Positions 1 through 14,107 of a stretch of 64,000 nt of DNA are shown in pieces. The first letter of the stretch is position 1; each line of letters opens with the position of its first letter. Source of the DNA: Adineta vaga (lineage: Eukaryota > Animalia > Rotifera); contig CP075494.1 of the NCBI GenBank assembly GCA_021613535.1, positions 9,486,001-9,550,000 of the forward strand, in the 5' to 3' direction. The notes under the pieces were generated by a model. That model ran no database searches. It saw only the letters and a list, made by a program, of their open reading frames with translations, and was not told the DNA's origin. Both the position numbers and the translations under genes were made by a program.

Positions 1-567
1 AAACAATATCGGAATGGTTAAATTGACATAACAATGTCAGTTATTATCAAATATCCAACGTAGATATGGCACAACTTGACTATTTGTGTTCATATACTTG
101 TAAAGAATAGAAAGAAAAGTGTTTTCATTATTAATTTTCTTTAACAACATTATGGTTGCTTTTTCTCGAAGAAGTAATCAAAGAAAAATGCTCAGTATAT
201 TTTCCCTTTCTATCCCTTTTCTCTCACCCTCCCTCCATGTCTCTCTATCGTCATTCTGTTCGTTCTCTTTGTTCTCTATGTGTGACTGACTAGCTACTAT
301 GACGGTTGATGATGAGTAGAATGGCACTTTTTCATTATTTGAAATGACATACAACTGACTAAGACAAGCTGAAGAAAAGAGAGAAAGAGAAGAAAAAAGA
401 AAAGAAAAGAAAAGAAAGTTTTTGTTATTTGTCTAGAAAATCTCATTTTCACTTAAAAACTAATGTTTCTATTAACATCCATATCATTTAGATAGGATAA
501 AGTATGATTTTATTATAGTTATTGTTCAATTTTTTTATTGAGAATGTCATGAGAATACTTTCTTCGA

Positions 568-2138
568 ATGATTATCGGTACGCAAAACGTGCGCACAGTT
601 GCACTCATGTTCATTGTGCTGATTTATTTAATGTTTGGTGCTGCTGTTTTTAATGCTTGTAAGTCTTTTCTTTAATCATTGTACTTTAAAATAATTGATT
701 TGTCTAGTGGAATCAAAAGAAGAGCATCATTCACGAACTCTTTTAAGGCAGAGAATTGCTCGTATTCTATTTAAAAATGATACCATTCCAAATGAAACAG
801 TATTTATTAGTTTAACAACAGCAATATTCGATAGTCGACATTTTCGTACGGGAACAACTAAACAATGGACATTTCCAGGTGCCTTCTATTTTTCTACATT
901 AGTCGTTACTTTAATCGGTAAATTTCATTTGAAATAAGAGTTTTTCTTTTCTCTCGATAAATGAATCTTTCTATTCATTAGGTTATGGTCAAACAACACC
1001 AAAAACAAGTAAGAATTTGAGTTCTTTTTCCGATTACATGTTTTTCTTTCGTCTGTTTTTAGTGGGTGGAAAAATCTTTTGTATGGTTTATACTGTTGCA
1101 GGCGTGTAAGTTTTCTTTTTTTCGAAATCTTTCTTTTTCATTTGAAAAACATAAAGTTTCGTTTTCTTAGTCCTCTTAATTTAATTATGTTTCAATCAGT
1201 CGGTGAACGATTAAATGCTATTATTTCATTTGTTTTATCACGTATCAAACGTTTATTTGGTTTTCGTCGTCAGAAAGTATCCGGTTTCGAATTAATTGCT
1301 GTGGAATTTGGTATGACAACAATGCTTGTTCTCGGTGGATCATTGATTTTTAGTCGACAAGAAAAATGGACATATTTTGAATCCATCTACTATTCTCTTG
1401 TTACATTTTGGACTATTGGTATGTTAAATTAATCTTAATTTACTTCTAAAATTTTTAATTTTTTTCTTCTCATCAATAGGCTTTGGTGATCTAGTTCCAT
1501 TAGCAAGTTTACAACGTACTGGTCACTCATTGTATTCTCGTTGGGGCTATTTCATCTTTACAATATCATTTATTCTCTTCGGTCTTGCATTAGTCGCGTC
1601 ATCATTGAATCTATTAGTACTTCGTCTTGCGCAATTTCATTCGGAAAACGGTATTGGTGGAATATCTGCGTTTCTCGGTCGAAATGAAGAAGATCTCATT
1701 GCTGCGGCTATCGCTGAACATCGTGCATCACTAAGTGTTCAACATCGTACTCGTATTTGTTCAAATTCCAATAGTATAAGTCAAACAAATAAGAATTTCG
1801 CACCATTTCTTTCAGTAAAAACCAATTCACAATGGTCATTATCTTCATCAACAACAACATCATCGGAGAAGAAATCCGATATTTATATGAAATCTCATGA
1901 AAGAACTTGTTGTTCATGTTTTTCCGTTTTCAATTGTCGAAAACGTCAACGACGTCAATGGCATCTTCGACGTTCACCACAAAATATCAAACATTTACTT
2001 TATTTCAATCAATATTTAGATAATCATAAACTTGAACTCGTACGTAAATCATTGATTCCAAATCAATATCATCACCATCAAGTGACGAATCATCTTTCAG
2101 AACAATCTTCTCGAAAACAACATAGAATATCCATTTAA
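568..2138 (+). CDS. Two-pore-domain K+ channel, TASK/SUP-9 (KCNK3/9-like) subfamily, spliced
   Basis: N-terminus MIIGTQNVRTVALMFIVLIYLMFGAAVF; QWTFPGAFYFSTLVVTLIG|YG (P1) and WTYFESIYYSLVTFWTIG|FGDLVP (P2) joined across GT-AG introns; ASSLNLLVLR TASK signature. Confidence 0.9.
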
Positions 2139-2866
2139 TCCAACGATCTTATCATTCGTGACATATGTTCTTGATAGTTTGGATTTGTTAACAATAAGAT
2201 AATAGAATAGTTGATGAGATATGTTAACATGGATTTCTAAGAATAGTTTCTTATTGTTGATAAGTGTGCTCTCTTGTATTCTTCTAACAAGTATATTTTT
2301 CAACAAAGATGTGTATAGTTCTCTTATCATAATGATAAATTAAAGTCATACTTTTTTGAAAAGAATTTTTTATTCGTTCCTAAATTAAGAAAAGAATATA
2401 GACAGTTTTATGTTCTACAATTCTTTTCTTCTTTTTCTTTTTGAAAAGATGGAATTTGTATTTAATCTGATCAAAGAAAAATCTTCTTTATGATTACATA
2501 TGTTATTCTGTATTCTTTCTGGATAAGAATTCTAATGTTGTAGACATAATGTCATGAAAGGCTTTACTTATGCTTACAGAGAGGAATGTGACGAATGAGA
2601 CAATTATTTTAATCAAATAAATGAATATATCAGAGCTAGCTTTTTCTTCAAATGTGTAAAAAGATATATGTTATATTTTCATATTATTAATTGCATGTAC
2701 CAATAGTGTCATGTCCATTAGAATACAGTTCTATTTCTGAATAATGGAAATTCTATTTTCAAGTCTGTTCGATAGAGAGATAACTCGTCCATTACTACAA
2801 TCCAACGAAGACTAATGCATTCTCATCTAACAGATCAGTATGGTTTAGTTTCTATCAAACAAATAT

Positions 2867-2887
2867 CCAGATGGCGCCATATTTCGC
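2867..2887 (+). promoter_or_regulatory. CTCF-core/YY1-like motif CCAGATGGCGCC, near an ETS-like GCGGAAGTG
   Basis: CpG-rich motif in very AT-rich DNA; near-identical copy CCAGATGTCGCC at 21104. Confidence 0.35.
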
Positions 2888-3578
2888 ATGTATTTGTATT
2901 TAACCTTGCGGAAGTGGCGCAATAGTTTCAAGATGCGCAATAAAATAAATAGAAGAGAATCTAATCCGCTAGAAATATTTCCTGCTTGTCCTTTTATTCA
3001 CACTCACAAGAAGAAAAATCACGAAAAAAGACACTATATCGTACAATAACATAAAGAAAAAACAAGCGAAAGACACACGAAAAAAAAACGAACGTTTTGT
3101 GTTTGAGAAATATATATGTATATATATATAGAAGAATCATCACCAGGAACAATACTATTGAAGAAACACGACAATAGAAAAAATCGTCAAATATAATACA
3201 GAAGAAAAATTAACAAAAGTCAATTTTAAATGGAAATGTCAAGAGAAAAACAAACGAAGAAAAAAATTTCTACTCTTTTTTTGAATGTTTATAGTTGCGT
3301 TTGTCAGTATATGTAAATAATTGAGAGGTAGAAAGAAAAAGAGACAAAAAAAACCCAAACGTCTGGGCAAAAGTTTTTCTTTTTTTATGATTTTTTTGGG
3401 GAAATTTTTAACTACTTATATAAAATTTTTCTTTCAAAAAGAAAACAAAAACAACCACATAGAATTTCTCTTCATCATGTATAAACAAAAAATAAGTTTG
3501 ACATGAATAATTAGATTCTCTTAGAAGAAGAAGAAGAAAAAATAATCAATGTTTTTTTATTTACTATCGTCATTGATA

Positions 3579-5687
3579 TTAATTTCGACGATTTACTGCT
3601 GGAACATGAAGATATCCTCGTTGACCATGATATGAATTATTATTCGATTGTCGTTGTGAATGATGATGTCTATATGAATTTCCACGATATCCATATGATT
3701 TCGTTGATGAACCTGATGGTGAAGACTAGAAGAGAAGTTTTTGATTAGTAAATGAATTTTTAACATTTAAAAACATACCGATCGATTAGAATTCATCGTA
3801 GTATTATTTCGATGATGTGGATGATTATATACATGATATTTTTGATAATGTTGAGAATCGTTAACAAATAAATGTTCATATTCATAATGATATGATTCTT
3901 TTAAGTAAAGTATATTCATTAATAATAATTCTCGATCTTCATGTGTTAGACAAACAGTACTTTGTTGAATAACATCAGCTAAATATTCGAAAAATAACAA
4001 ACATAATCGAGCATTTATTAAATCAGCTTGATCAATTTGATTCGAATCATATTTCGAATTCAATAATTGACTTTGTAAATATGATCGATGTTGAAATATT
4101 TCATTGACATTATTCGTTATATGTAAATTACTGATAATTGAAGAAGGTAAGAAATGTGTCGCTACATATTGGGCAATAACATGTATTTGTTCTGGACTTG
4201 TCTTATAATCAATGCAAAAACGTGAACACATATAACGTTGCATATGAATCATAATTGCAATATCATAAGGTTTATAATTTCTTGCTAATAGATCACAATA
4301 TTTCTAAAAGAAAAACAAAAGATTGAATTTTATAGTTCTTTGTTTTTTTTGCAAAGAATTGAAATACTTACTAATAAACCTCCACCACGAATTGTTTCAG
4401 GTTCATAAGTACAAATTAATTTATGATTTAAATGATGCATTGCTTGATGTACATCTTTGTAAGCTGAATAGACTTCACTTAATAATGGTACGGGCAACAA
4501 AATCTCTTTTTCTATCACTGATGAAGAAAAGACATGATCATCATCTTCATTCGTTGAATCATCAGCATCAACTTCAATTCCATCATCAACATCTTCATTG
4601 ATGGAAATTTGAAATTGTAGTGATGAATCAGATTGATTATCATCATTTGTAGATTCTGATGGTTTCGATGAATGAGAACGAGATTCCGATGATGCTAAAA
4701 CAAAATATACAGGTCAATGATTTGTTATTATAAATAAAGAGGAAATCTGAATTAACTTTTAAGAAGATTAAATCGGAAATCAGTTTTCTTTTGTTAATCT
4801 ACTAGACAGTTATGTGTAAACAACATCTACTTACAATTATTTTTCTCTGCTTTAATCGTTGTTATTGTTGCTAATGTTTGACATTGAATAGGATTTTCCT
4901 GTTCAGTAACGCTAGGTAAAGACGAGGGTGCAAAAAATCCGAATTGTAATGGACTTGTACTTGTATTCGTATGAGAATTTATTGGTTTTTTAAGAATTGT
5001 TACTCCATTGATAGCTTCAATAACTAAACTTTTCGTTTGAATTTGTGTTGTTATTGATTCAGGATTGATTTTTTCGAAAAGTAATGGTTTAAGATCGATT
5101 TGAAATGAATCAACGCTAAATTGCCATTGACGTTTAAGATTTTCCACAAATTTCAATTCAAGATTTTGTCCTAATAAATTCTGTAATGATAATAATGCCC
5201 ATGAATCTTGATCAGATGTTATTTTAATATTCTTTTTTGAATAAGTATCAAGTACTGAAGCAATAAAATATTGTGTACATGATGCAGCATTTGGAATATG
5301 TTCAATTAAACATGAAGAAATAATGTATTTTATAATTGTCCATACATCACATAGATACGGTTCATTATTTGATGAGAATAATGTTGTTTGTTGCTGAGAT
5401 GATAAGGATGTTTTAATAAGAAAAAGAATATCAATATCACGATAGACAAAATCTGAATCATTTATAAGTACATAAGATGCAGCTCCGCCATGTAAACGAA
5501 TAGCAGATATTTCAATTGAATGTTCTCGTAATTTAATCAGAAGATCACGAAGAAAATCTTTTGGAATAATATGTAATGTTGGAAATGACGATGTTGGTGG
5601 CGAAGGATAAATAGGAATTGTTGGTGTTAGAACCCGTCGTAATTTATCATTTTGTTCAGGTGATAAATAAACTGGTGTAACGTGCAT
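3579..5687 (-). CDS. TENT5: Terminal nucleotidyltransferase 5 (FAM46 family non-canonical poly(A) polymerase), spliced
   Basis: RLHGGAASYVL..YRDIDILF NTase motif, DSWALLSL, LELKFVENLKRQWQFSVDSFQI, PETIRGGGLL, MQRYMCSRFCIDY. Confidence 0.92.
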
Positions 5688-8600
5688 TGTTAAGAAAAAT
5701 ATCTTTCGAATTTCTAAAAAAATGACAAATAAATATATTCTATCACATGACACATGTTTGTGTGGGCGGTATTACGCAATTAAATTGAAATCTCTTCTAC
5801 CTAAGAATCTTTGAGTAAGTCTATGAAAATAATCCTGATTTATACAGAGGTCGATATCATACGTATATACTCAATGATTTGTTGTGTCCTAGTGGGTTAG
5901 GGTATGATAGTAATAATAGAAGAAGAAGAAGAAGAAGAAGGAAAAAAACGACTAGTCGTTTCGATATTATTCGAAAGAAAGGTAATGCATATGATTGGAT
6001 GAAAGTGTGTGTGTATAGTGTGAGAGAAAAGGACACAATGAATGACGACATCTTTAGACGTATTTTTATATACTATAGAAAAACGAAGGAAGAAATCCTT
6101 GCTGTAAGATTGATTTATATGACGAGTGAAGTTTTGGGAAAAATTCTATTTGTTTTTACGCATTTAATCAGACTGTTTACTTTTGTTAAGAAGAGAATTG
6201 TTTGACGTATTTAAATGTCTTTTTTTCTTGCTGCAAGTTTTCATAAATATTACCTGATTTCTATTGTCATTCAACTCAGAAGAAAAGAAAAAAAATGTAT
6301 TCGATCTTCAAGTATACAACTACACATATTCTCAACGTTAAAAGAAAATGTTTCAAAAATATCTTGTTCAAAAAAAAACGAAATAGAATTTGAAAAGAAA
6401 ATTCATTTCTGAAATTATTTTGTATTTATTTGCTATGGCACGTTTTCTAACAGGCGTTTCGTACGCGAAACAAAACGTGTTGAAAACCTAAATGCGACAT
6501 AAAAAAAGAAACGTAAAAGATGATAAAAAACCTCGAAAAACAGTTCTTTTCGAATATAAATAGAAATATTCTGACGAAATGTAAAGAAAAAAAACGAACG
6601 ACGCTATTGTTATTCAGATTTTATGAAATCGAACAATTTTCTTTTCTTACTGTATACAGTTAACCTTGTTTCATATTATTAATTATTGAGAATTGTCAGT
6701 TATTCATTATCATAACATTAGAATGTTCGTGATTGAAATATAGACAAAGAAAGTTTATATATTGAGAGTTGAGAACAAAGAATATGCTAGAAGTACAATG
6801 AGCATACTGCAAGATCAACAGTGTGCAGAACATACGAGAATGTACTTGAGTAAGAAAAGAAAAGAATACGTATATGTACAATCAAGAGAAAGGTTACGAT
6901 CACCGTTATATATTTTCAGTTACTCTTATAAACCTGTTAGATCTCACCTAATATTGTTCGTACACTTTCAAGCAGCAATTGGAGAGAAGCTTTTCATCTC
7001 TATATCAAATGAAAAGAATCATCCTCATGACTTATATTAAGAAGACTAACAGCTGAGTTTTTATTAATTCTTTGAAATACATATTCGTCATAGCTTGATA
7101 AATCCTTATATGATTATTTTTAACATCTGTCGTCCACATGCTTGAAAGTCTGTTTGTTTTAATGAAAGAGAGAAAAAAAAAGGTTAATTCATTTGACTCC
7201 GAATTCGATAGAGTTATGTGATAGAATAAATGATTAATGTCGTTATGACCGAGATAACGAAAACAAAATTATGTTTTGATCATTTTTTCTTACGTTTATA
7301 ATCTATCGGTTTTTCAATCATATATAGAGTACGCTTGTTTATTATCCGTGTAAAAACCTAATTTTTTATGATTGATATATTTACAATTATGATTTAATTT
7401 ATAAGTACAACCGCAACGTATGTTGATATACTTGATTTTCGTATTAGACTTGTTGTTAGCATATAACCTTGACATTATATTTATAAAGAAAAATATAGTT
7501 TTTCGTAAAAAATCTATCCATAAGTGGATTTTAGTAGCATTGAAAATTGTATTTCTTTGTCTAGAATTTGTGTATTATGATGGTGAACATATGTTCTTCT
7601 TTCGTACAAGTTAATATTTAGATGGGATTCTTATCGTAAAAGAGCAAAAAAAAGTAATAATTCAATTAGTCTGGATTCGTAGATAAGATACGAGAGTAGT
7701 TCGAAGAAAACAAAGATGCAATCAGTGAATATAGCTGTGATTGGTTTTCATATCTGTGTGTAGATTTATTGAAATGATGAATGAATATCGATATACCAAT
7801 TCGACTATGCTCTTAAATCAGATTGTTCTTCAACCGTGATTCATCCGAACAAAAATACAATAGATATATGTATTATTAATCAAATCAATGATGGAAAGAA
7901 TTGTCTTATTCATTGTGATTCATAAGTCATTGTATTTCGTATTTGAATTTTGAGAAACGCAAACTGTCGAATTTCTCAATGGAGAACTTGAGTGTAGTCC
8001 TTGATGATGCAAAATACAGAAAAATGTTTTTTCGATGTTTATTTATTATGAACAAATGAAATTTCATGTATATCTTTGGTACTAATTATAACGAGTTGTT
8101 CATTTTGTTGTCTAGACGTATAACATTTTGGTTTTCTCTCTCTCTCTCGTCTATTTTCTTCAACAGTAATAATTAATGAAATATAATTTCCTCCAAAAGT
8201 CATTTATTAATGATATATCTAAATGAAAATCTCGATATGTTGCCTTTTTTTTATTGTTTTTTGTTTATGAAAAATTCTCGTTTCTTTTTCTCACTATGAA
8301 ATCAAAATAAACATGTCTATGCTCGTTAATTCTAATGAAGCGAAACTAGTCTGTAGTATATTATTTTTGAAGGTTTATTAGACGGAAAACTTGTTATGAA
8401 TGATTATGCATATCTCAGTTATTGATGGATATGATGTGTAGAAAAAAAACGAAAACAACATTCGAAACGATGATAATTTTCTTACATTAGTTATCACTTA
8501 TAAAATCCGAAAAGTGATTTATTCTTGCATGAAAATATATTAGATAGTATCCGTTTGATCTATTGAGAATGTCATATGATTGATCGAAGTTGTAATTAGA

Positions 8601-9365
8601 ATAAATAGATCAAAAACAGAAAATGTCCAATTCGTTTAAGAATACACGATGAGATTTTCATCAGTAGTAGTAGTCAATTTTGGTCTTTCTAACTCCAATT
8701 AAATCATATATATTTTTGTACGTACTACGATGTTTATTGATCAAAATCATTCCCCTTCGTTCGTTTGAATATCTTCGGTGAAAATCAATCTTTATCAGTT
8801 TTTTTGCTATCGTCTGTAATCGCTTCTCATATATTAAAATTTAGCCGATTCAGTGCATATCTGTCGAAAACAAGGCAACCAACTGTGACGCAATTCTTAC
8901 ATAGTAAATACTATGTTTTGTAATTTTCGTATTACATAATGATTGGTCGTATTTTGTTTTGTTGATAAAAGTTTTTTTCTCTTCTTCTTCTTCTTCTTCT
9001 TCGTCTTTTCGCTCTTTTGTGTATTTTCATATCAACAAAAAATAAAAAAATCATAAATATTGTCAAGATGAGAGCGGTTTTCATCATGTTTTTTTTTCGC
9101 TTCGTATGCCGGTTCTGGTTGAACGAACATCGGGTTAACCCATCAAACCATGTAAATGTGCATTAGGAATGCAGAAAAAAGCAATGTAAAGTGCAAAGTA
9201 TAGTGGTTTTGTGTGAAGTACGGCATGCGGTGAGATGGAGATACTCATCAATTGCAAGTATGGTTATCGTCGATCAATAACCTTGAGAAAAAAAAACGAA
9301 AAAAAGAGAGGTAAGACAAGAGGGCTACCACCGACGTTTTCTCTCTTCGTTTACAATTTGAGTGG

Positions 9366-9372
9366 TATAAAA
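9366..9372 (+). promoter_or_regulatory. TATA box of the proline-rich gene
   Basis: TATAAAA about 100 bp upstream of ATG 9464. Confidence 0.55.
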
Positions 9373-9463
9373 AGCCGCTGTATGTCTTCATTCAAACGCT
9401 TTCATTTGAAGCTTTACATTCTACTAGTCCCTTTATTTTTTCGAATTTTCATTTTCCGAAATC

Positions 9464-10242
9464 ATGGTTGCCATCGATCGTGTTGGACATGTCTATCCTT
9501 CAGTTCATCTTCAAGAAATGCTAAATCTTGCACAAAAACCTGCACCATTAGCAACACCAACTCAACAAGGTCATATGCCATTTAACGATACTGTTGCTAG
9601 TGTAATGAATGGTGATGCTACACAAAAGATTACACCTGAACAATTTGGTCTTGCTAACAATCCATCATTACAATTTGCAACACCTGGCGGTGGATTCATT
9701 CAAGTCTTCGGCCCTTTGAGAACACCTGGTAACGATAGATTCTTTCATGATCCTAATCCAGTTGTCATTCAAAAGAAATCAAAACCAATTACATACGTAC
9801 AGAAAATCAACTTAGCTTATTATAAACCACCTGCTCCACCAGCGCCAGGTCCAGTTATCATTAAAGAAGTATGTGTATATCATTTGAATTGTATTCAGTA
9901 TTAATTACATTTCAATATCTATCTAGGTTCGACCACCTCAGGCACCAGTTCCACCACCACTTTATGTTCGTATTCAACCACCACCACCACGAGAGCAAGC
10001 ACCAATAGTCATCCGTGAAGCTCCACCACCACGACCAAAACAAATTCCAGTAAGTTTTTCTTTCCAATGAAAACGATTTAATTAACATGTATCTCTCTCT
10101 CTTTCTTTAGACAACTCATTTAACTAAAGTCTTACCAGCTATTCCAGTTCCACCACCCAATGTTCAAGTACGTAATGCTCCTGATGCAGCAACACTTGAA
10201 AAGACTTTAAATGGCTTGGGTCTTACATCATTGTTACAATAA
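9464..10242 (+). CDS. Proline-rich protein (3 exons), probably structural/cytoskeletal
   Basis: YVQKINLAYYKPPAPPAPGPVIIKE|VRPPQAPVPPPLYVRIQPPPPREQAPIVIREAPPPRPKQIP|TTHLTKVLPAIPVPP; two clean short introns; biased codon usage. Confidence 0.8.
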
Positions 10243-12730
10243 ACGAAATCAATCATAACAACATAAACTCTTTTTCTCTTCTTATGTATTTTGTATGATG
10301 AGTATAGATAATTTATTTTTTTATATTAATCTTCTATAACGGTGGTCTGTGCGAGGATGCAATCAATCTATTTAGCTGTTCATTTTATTCATAATCTTAT
10401 ATTCTTCTTATTCTATTTTCTATATCTTCGTCGTTTTTTTTTGTTCGATCTCTTATTTTTCTGTGCATGAAATATGTATTTCGGGAAGGCATTCAATTGT
10501 TATCAGCTTTTTTCTTGTATCTGTGTCCTGTGTTATCGATATGACAATGTGGAATGTCTTCTTCTATTCCTGGTCATCCGATGGTACGGTTGAAACGATC
10601 ATGAACACTTTTGATAAACATAGAATGAGCAACTTGCAATGCAAATTTCGAATATTTAATGTTCGAAAGAAAAAAATTCTATTTAAAACATACAAAAAAA
10701 AAACGATTTAAAAATAAAAATCTAAGCTCCGGCCGATCTCTAAAATTATGTGTTATTTTCACGATGAAAGATTTGATAGATGATAAATATCTTCAAGAAT
10801 GACATCGGTCAGTAATCGAAAGAGTTAAGACGTAAACATCATTAAAATAATCCATGTGTAATATTGTTTTCGATTGCATCATAAAAAACGTCAAAATATC
10901 AATGTAAACAGAATATCCCTCGAATAGAGAAAAATAAAACAAAATTACTGCGTTCGTTTTGACAGCTCATCAGTAAGATTCATCTGTCAATCATTTTCGA
11001 GAAATAGAAATAGACGATGACGTCGTTCGATGATTCGAATATATTTTCTATTGTATGACTTTTTTTTTTATATATATTCGAAAACAAGAAGAAAAAAAAC
11101 AAGTATTTCGTTTTTGTTTTGTTCGAGAATATAAAGAAAATATGTAATTATAATTTCTCAAAGTTAATATATCTAATCATTCGATTAATCTTTGTCCTTT
11201 ATATAAGATTAATGTCCAATTCTATTGTTCGATAGATGAAGAAAAAACAAACATATTCGTTTATAGTTAGAATTAAAATAACAACTATTCATGGTTTGAT
11301 TATATATTCGAGCAATAATAATAACAATCAAAAAGGAACGAAACAGTTATTATTTTTTCCTATTAATATATTTGATAATTAGTTTCCTCGTCTTTTATAC
11401 TTGCGTATTTTTTCGCTACATCGAACTTTCGAAAGATAATTTTCATTCGTTTTCAATGTTGATTGCAATATTTATTACAAATCAATATAGAAAGTAAACA
11501 TTATGTTTACCGACCGTAGACTCTTTTTTATTATAATTATCACAATGAAGATCAAAAATTTTCTCATTCAAATTTCTAAACATGTACTTGAATAAAGTTA
11601 AAGACGCAAAATATCAATTCATACAATATATGACTGTTGATTTTGATGAGTAAATATAATCGTACACGTACGTTGAGAGAAAGAAAATCATTGAATATTA
11701 GTCATTATCTTATACACATCCATAAGGATAGAAAAATACCCGTAAGCCATGAACTTATCTATTGATATACTTGTTCGAACTAATGTGTATAATTACGAAC
11801 ATAAATCAAGTTAATTATTGATTTTGTACTTTTTTCTTATTCAACTTGATACGAATCAAAACAAGAAAATAATGATGACTTGTTTTTTTTTATTTTGATT
11901 ATTTTTCAAATATGAACTGTGTGATTGTACTGATTGTAAAGTGTGTAATTAAGTATGAAAAAATGATACGAATAGATTAAAAAATTTATTTCGTCAATAT
12001 GATGAGAATGATAATCTTGCATCATCTATTGACAATGTGTCTTATTTATTTCACTAGTCAATTCCATACTTACGAAAAGTCTACTTTACACGTCGTTCAG
12101 CGATTTCTTTGATAGATACTTTTTGACGAAATAAATATATTGATTGAAATCAGTATATCGATGTATTTATAACTCTAATGATGCAAAGCTGCACATTTGA
12201 CATATCGTTAATGATATATATCGACGTATACGTATGATTCAAATTTGGACTTATGTTAGTGGAAAATCGACAAAGATATTCGAATATCACTGACCGATGT
12301 AATGTGTCCATCCTTAAAGATTTAGAGTTCAAATATTAGAATGCGTAACAGAAATAAAATAGCAGTGTAAGAAAAAGTATGTTGTCTAATAGCTTAGTCT
12401 GATTCTAATCAGAAAAGATTATTTCGATGAATAAAAACAACGTAAAAGTTTACAGATGACGCTTTATGTCGATCTGATCGTTTCAGAAATTCTTTCAATT
12501 TTTCTCACTAATTCTACTCGTCACGATCTATCACTCTCAACAGCAATGTTCAACAAACATCAATTTATTCAAGAATAACATTTGCTGAAATTAACTGCAT
12601 TGAATACCTATGGCAACATAAAATCAATCAGTATGAAAGTTTTTTTAAACGTTTACACATGAAACGAAAACGAATTCAATGTCGTGCTGTTTTTATTTAC
12701 TAAAATCAATTTGAAATTCTTTCAAACATA

Positions 12731-13771
12731 ATGTCTGCTTTAGTCTGTGATGTTACCGGTTGTAAACGTGATTATGATACTGTTTGTACTCATTGTCAAG
12801 TTAATTTTTGTTCGAAACATTATCTATTTCATGTGAAAAAAGCGAATCAAGATCTTGTACCAATTGCTGATCAATTAAATGCAATGATAAATAAAATTCA
12901 ATATACAAATCCAATGCATCAAGCATTTCAACAACTTGAACAATCACGTGAAATGAGTCATCGACATATTGATAATTTATATGATGAAAAAAAACGACAA
13001 TTACAATTTGAAGTTGAATTAAAACGTGAATTACAATTGAATAAATTACTTGAATTAAATCAAAAAGTAACAAAACTAGTCTATGAAGGTGAAGCATCAT
13101 TTAAACAAATTGAAACTTTAAAACGAGATTTTGATGATATTAAAAAACAACAGAAACACTTTCAAAAAGCTAATTTTATACGTTTTGATATTGAATCATC
13201 TGGTTTGCGAGCAAATGTTTTAAATAAAGATTTCTTTCATGGTGATGGAACATTATTATCATATGAACAACAAGCGAAATTAAATGAATTCTATGGAAAA
13301 GAAACTCAAAAGTGGTCATTACTTTATAAAGCAACTCGAGATGGATTTTCTAGTGTTGCTTTTCATAAATATTGTGATCATCGTGGTCCAACAATGACAA
13401 TCATTCAATCAAAACCTGGTGGTTATCTATTCGGTGGATATACATCTGTATCTTGGAGATCAAACAAAGGTTACATTGAAGATAACTATGATCCATTTCT
13501 ATTTACATTAACAAATCCACATGGTATTCCTCCAACAAAATATCCTGTTTTAGAATCGAATTATGCGATTTATAATCGGAAAGATTTTGGACCTACATTT
13601 GGTTGTGGTCATGATCTACATATATGTGATGATAGTAAATCAAGTGGTGGGAGTTATTGTTATTTTCCTTGGTCATATAGTGATCGAACACAGCGAGGTA
13701 CGGAAACATTTACGGGAAGTAAATTTTTTCAAGCAAATGACATTGAAGTTTATCGATTAGTGAACAATTGA
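12731..13771 (+). CDS. Intronless B-box-like Zn finger / coiled-coil / TLDc-domain protein
   Basis: CxxxxC..CxxC..C..H..H N-terminus, coiled coil, then WSLLYKATRDGF..FHKYCD..GPTMTIIQS..YLFGGYT..GPTFG.GHDL..IEVY (TLDc). Confidence 0.9.
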   Translation: MSALVCDVTGCKRDYDTVCTHCQVNFCSKHYLFHVKKANQDLVPIADQLNAMINKIQYTNPMHQAFQQLEQSREMSHRHIDNLYDEKKRQLQFEVELKRELQLNKLLELNQKVTKLVYEGEASFKQIETLKRDFDDIKKQQKHFQKANFIRFDIESSGLRANVLNKDFFHGDGTLLSYEQQAKLNEFYGKETQKWSLLYKATRDGFSSVAFHKYCDHRGPTMTIIQSKPGGYLFGGYTSVSWRSNKGYIEDNYDPFLFTLTNPHGIPPTKYPVLESNYAIYNRKDFGPTFGCGHDLHICDDSKSSGGSYCYFPWSYSDRTQRGTETFTGSKFFQANDIEVYRLVNN

Positions 13772-14107
13772 ATAGTTCTGATTTTGTATGTAGAAAAACA
13801 AATTATGCAAGAGAAGATGATATTTTCTAGCCACCATATATTTGTATCAATGATCGATATTCTTATAATTTAATAACGAAAAAGAAAGAAAAAAAGCAAA
13901 GAAAGGTTCACATTGTAACAAGCAAAAATGTTCGAGAAAATAAAATGAGGATTTGACTGAGTGACAGTTTAAAAAAAACAAACAGTTGACTGTCAATAAG
14001 TGTAACAGTTTGAATCTCTTCTATTTTTTTTTGTCTATAATATTTAACTAAATTCAATTAATGGAATGTTCATTTGTCTTGTGTTTTTTTTTCTATTCTC
14101 ATTTAGA

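Noticed and set aside
5857-7614. Short ORFs upstream of TENT5
   Set aside because: Low-complexity translations of AGA/poly-A tracts, no motifs or splice structure; likely 5' UTR introns and regulatory DNA.
10463-12332. Short ORFs between the Pro-rich and TLDc genes
   Set aside because: No coding bias or recognisable domains.
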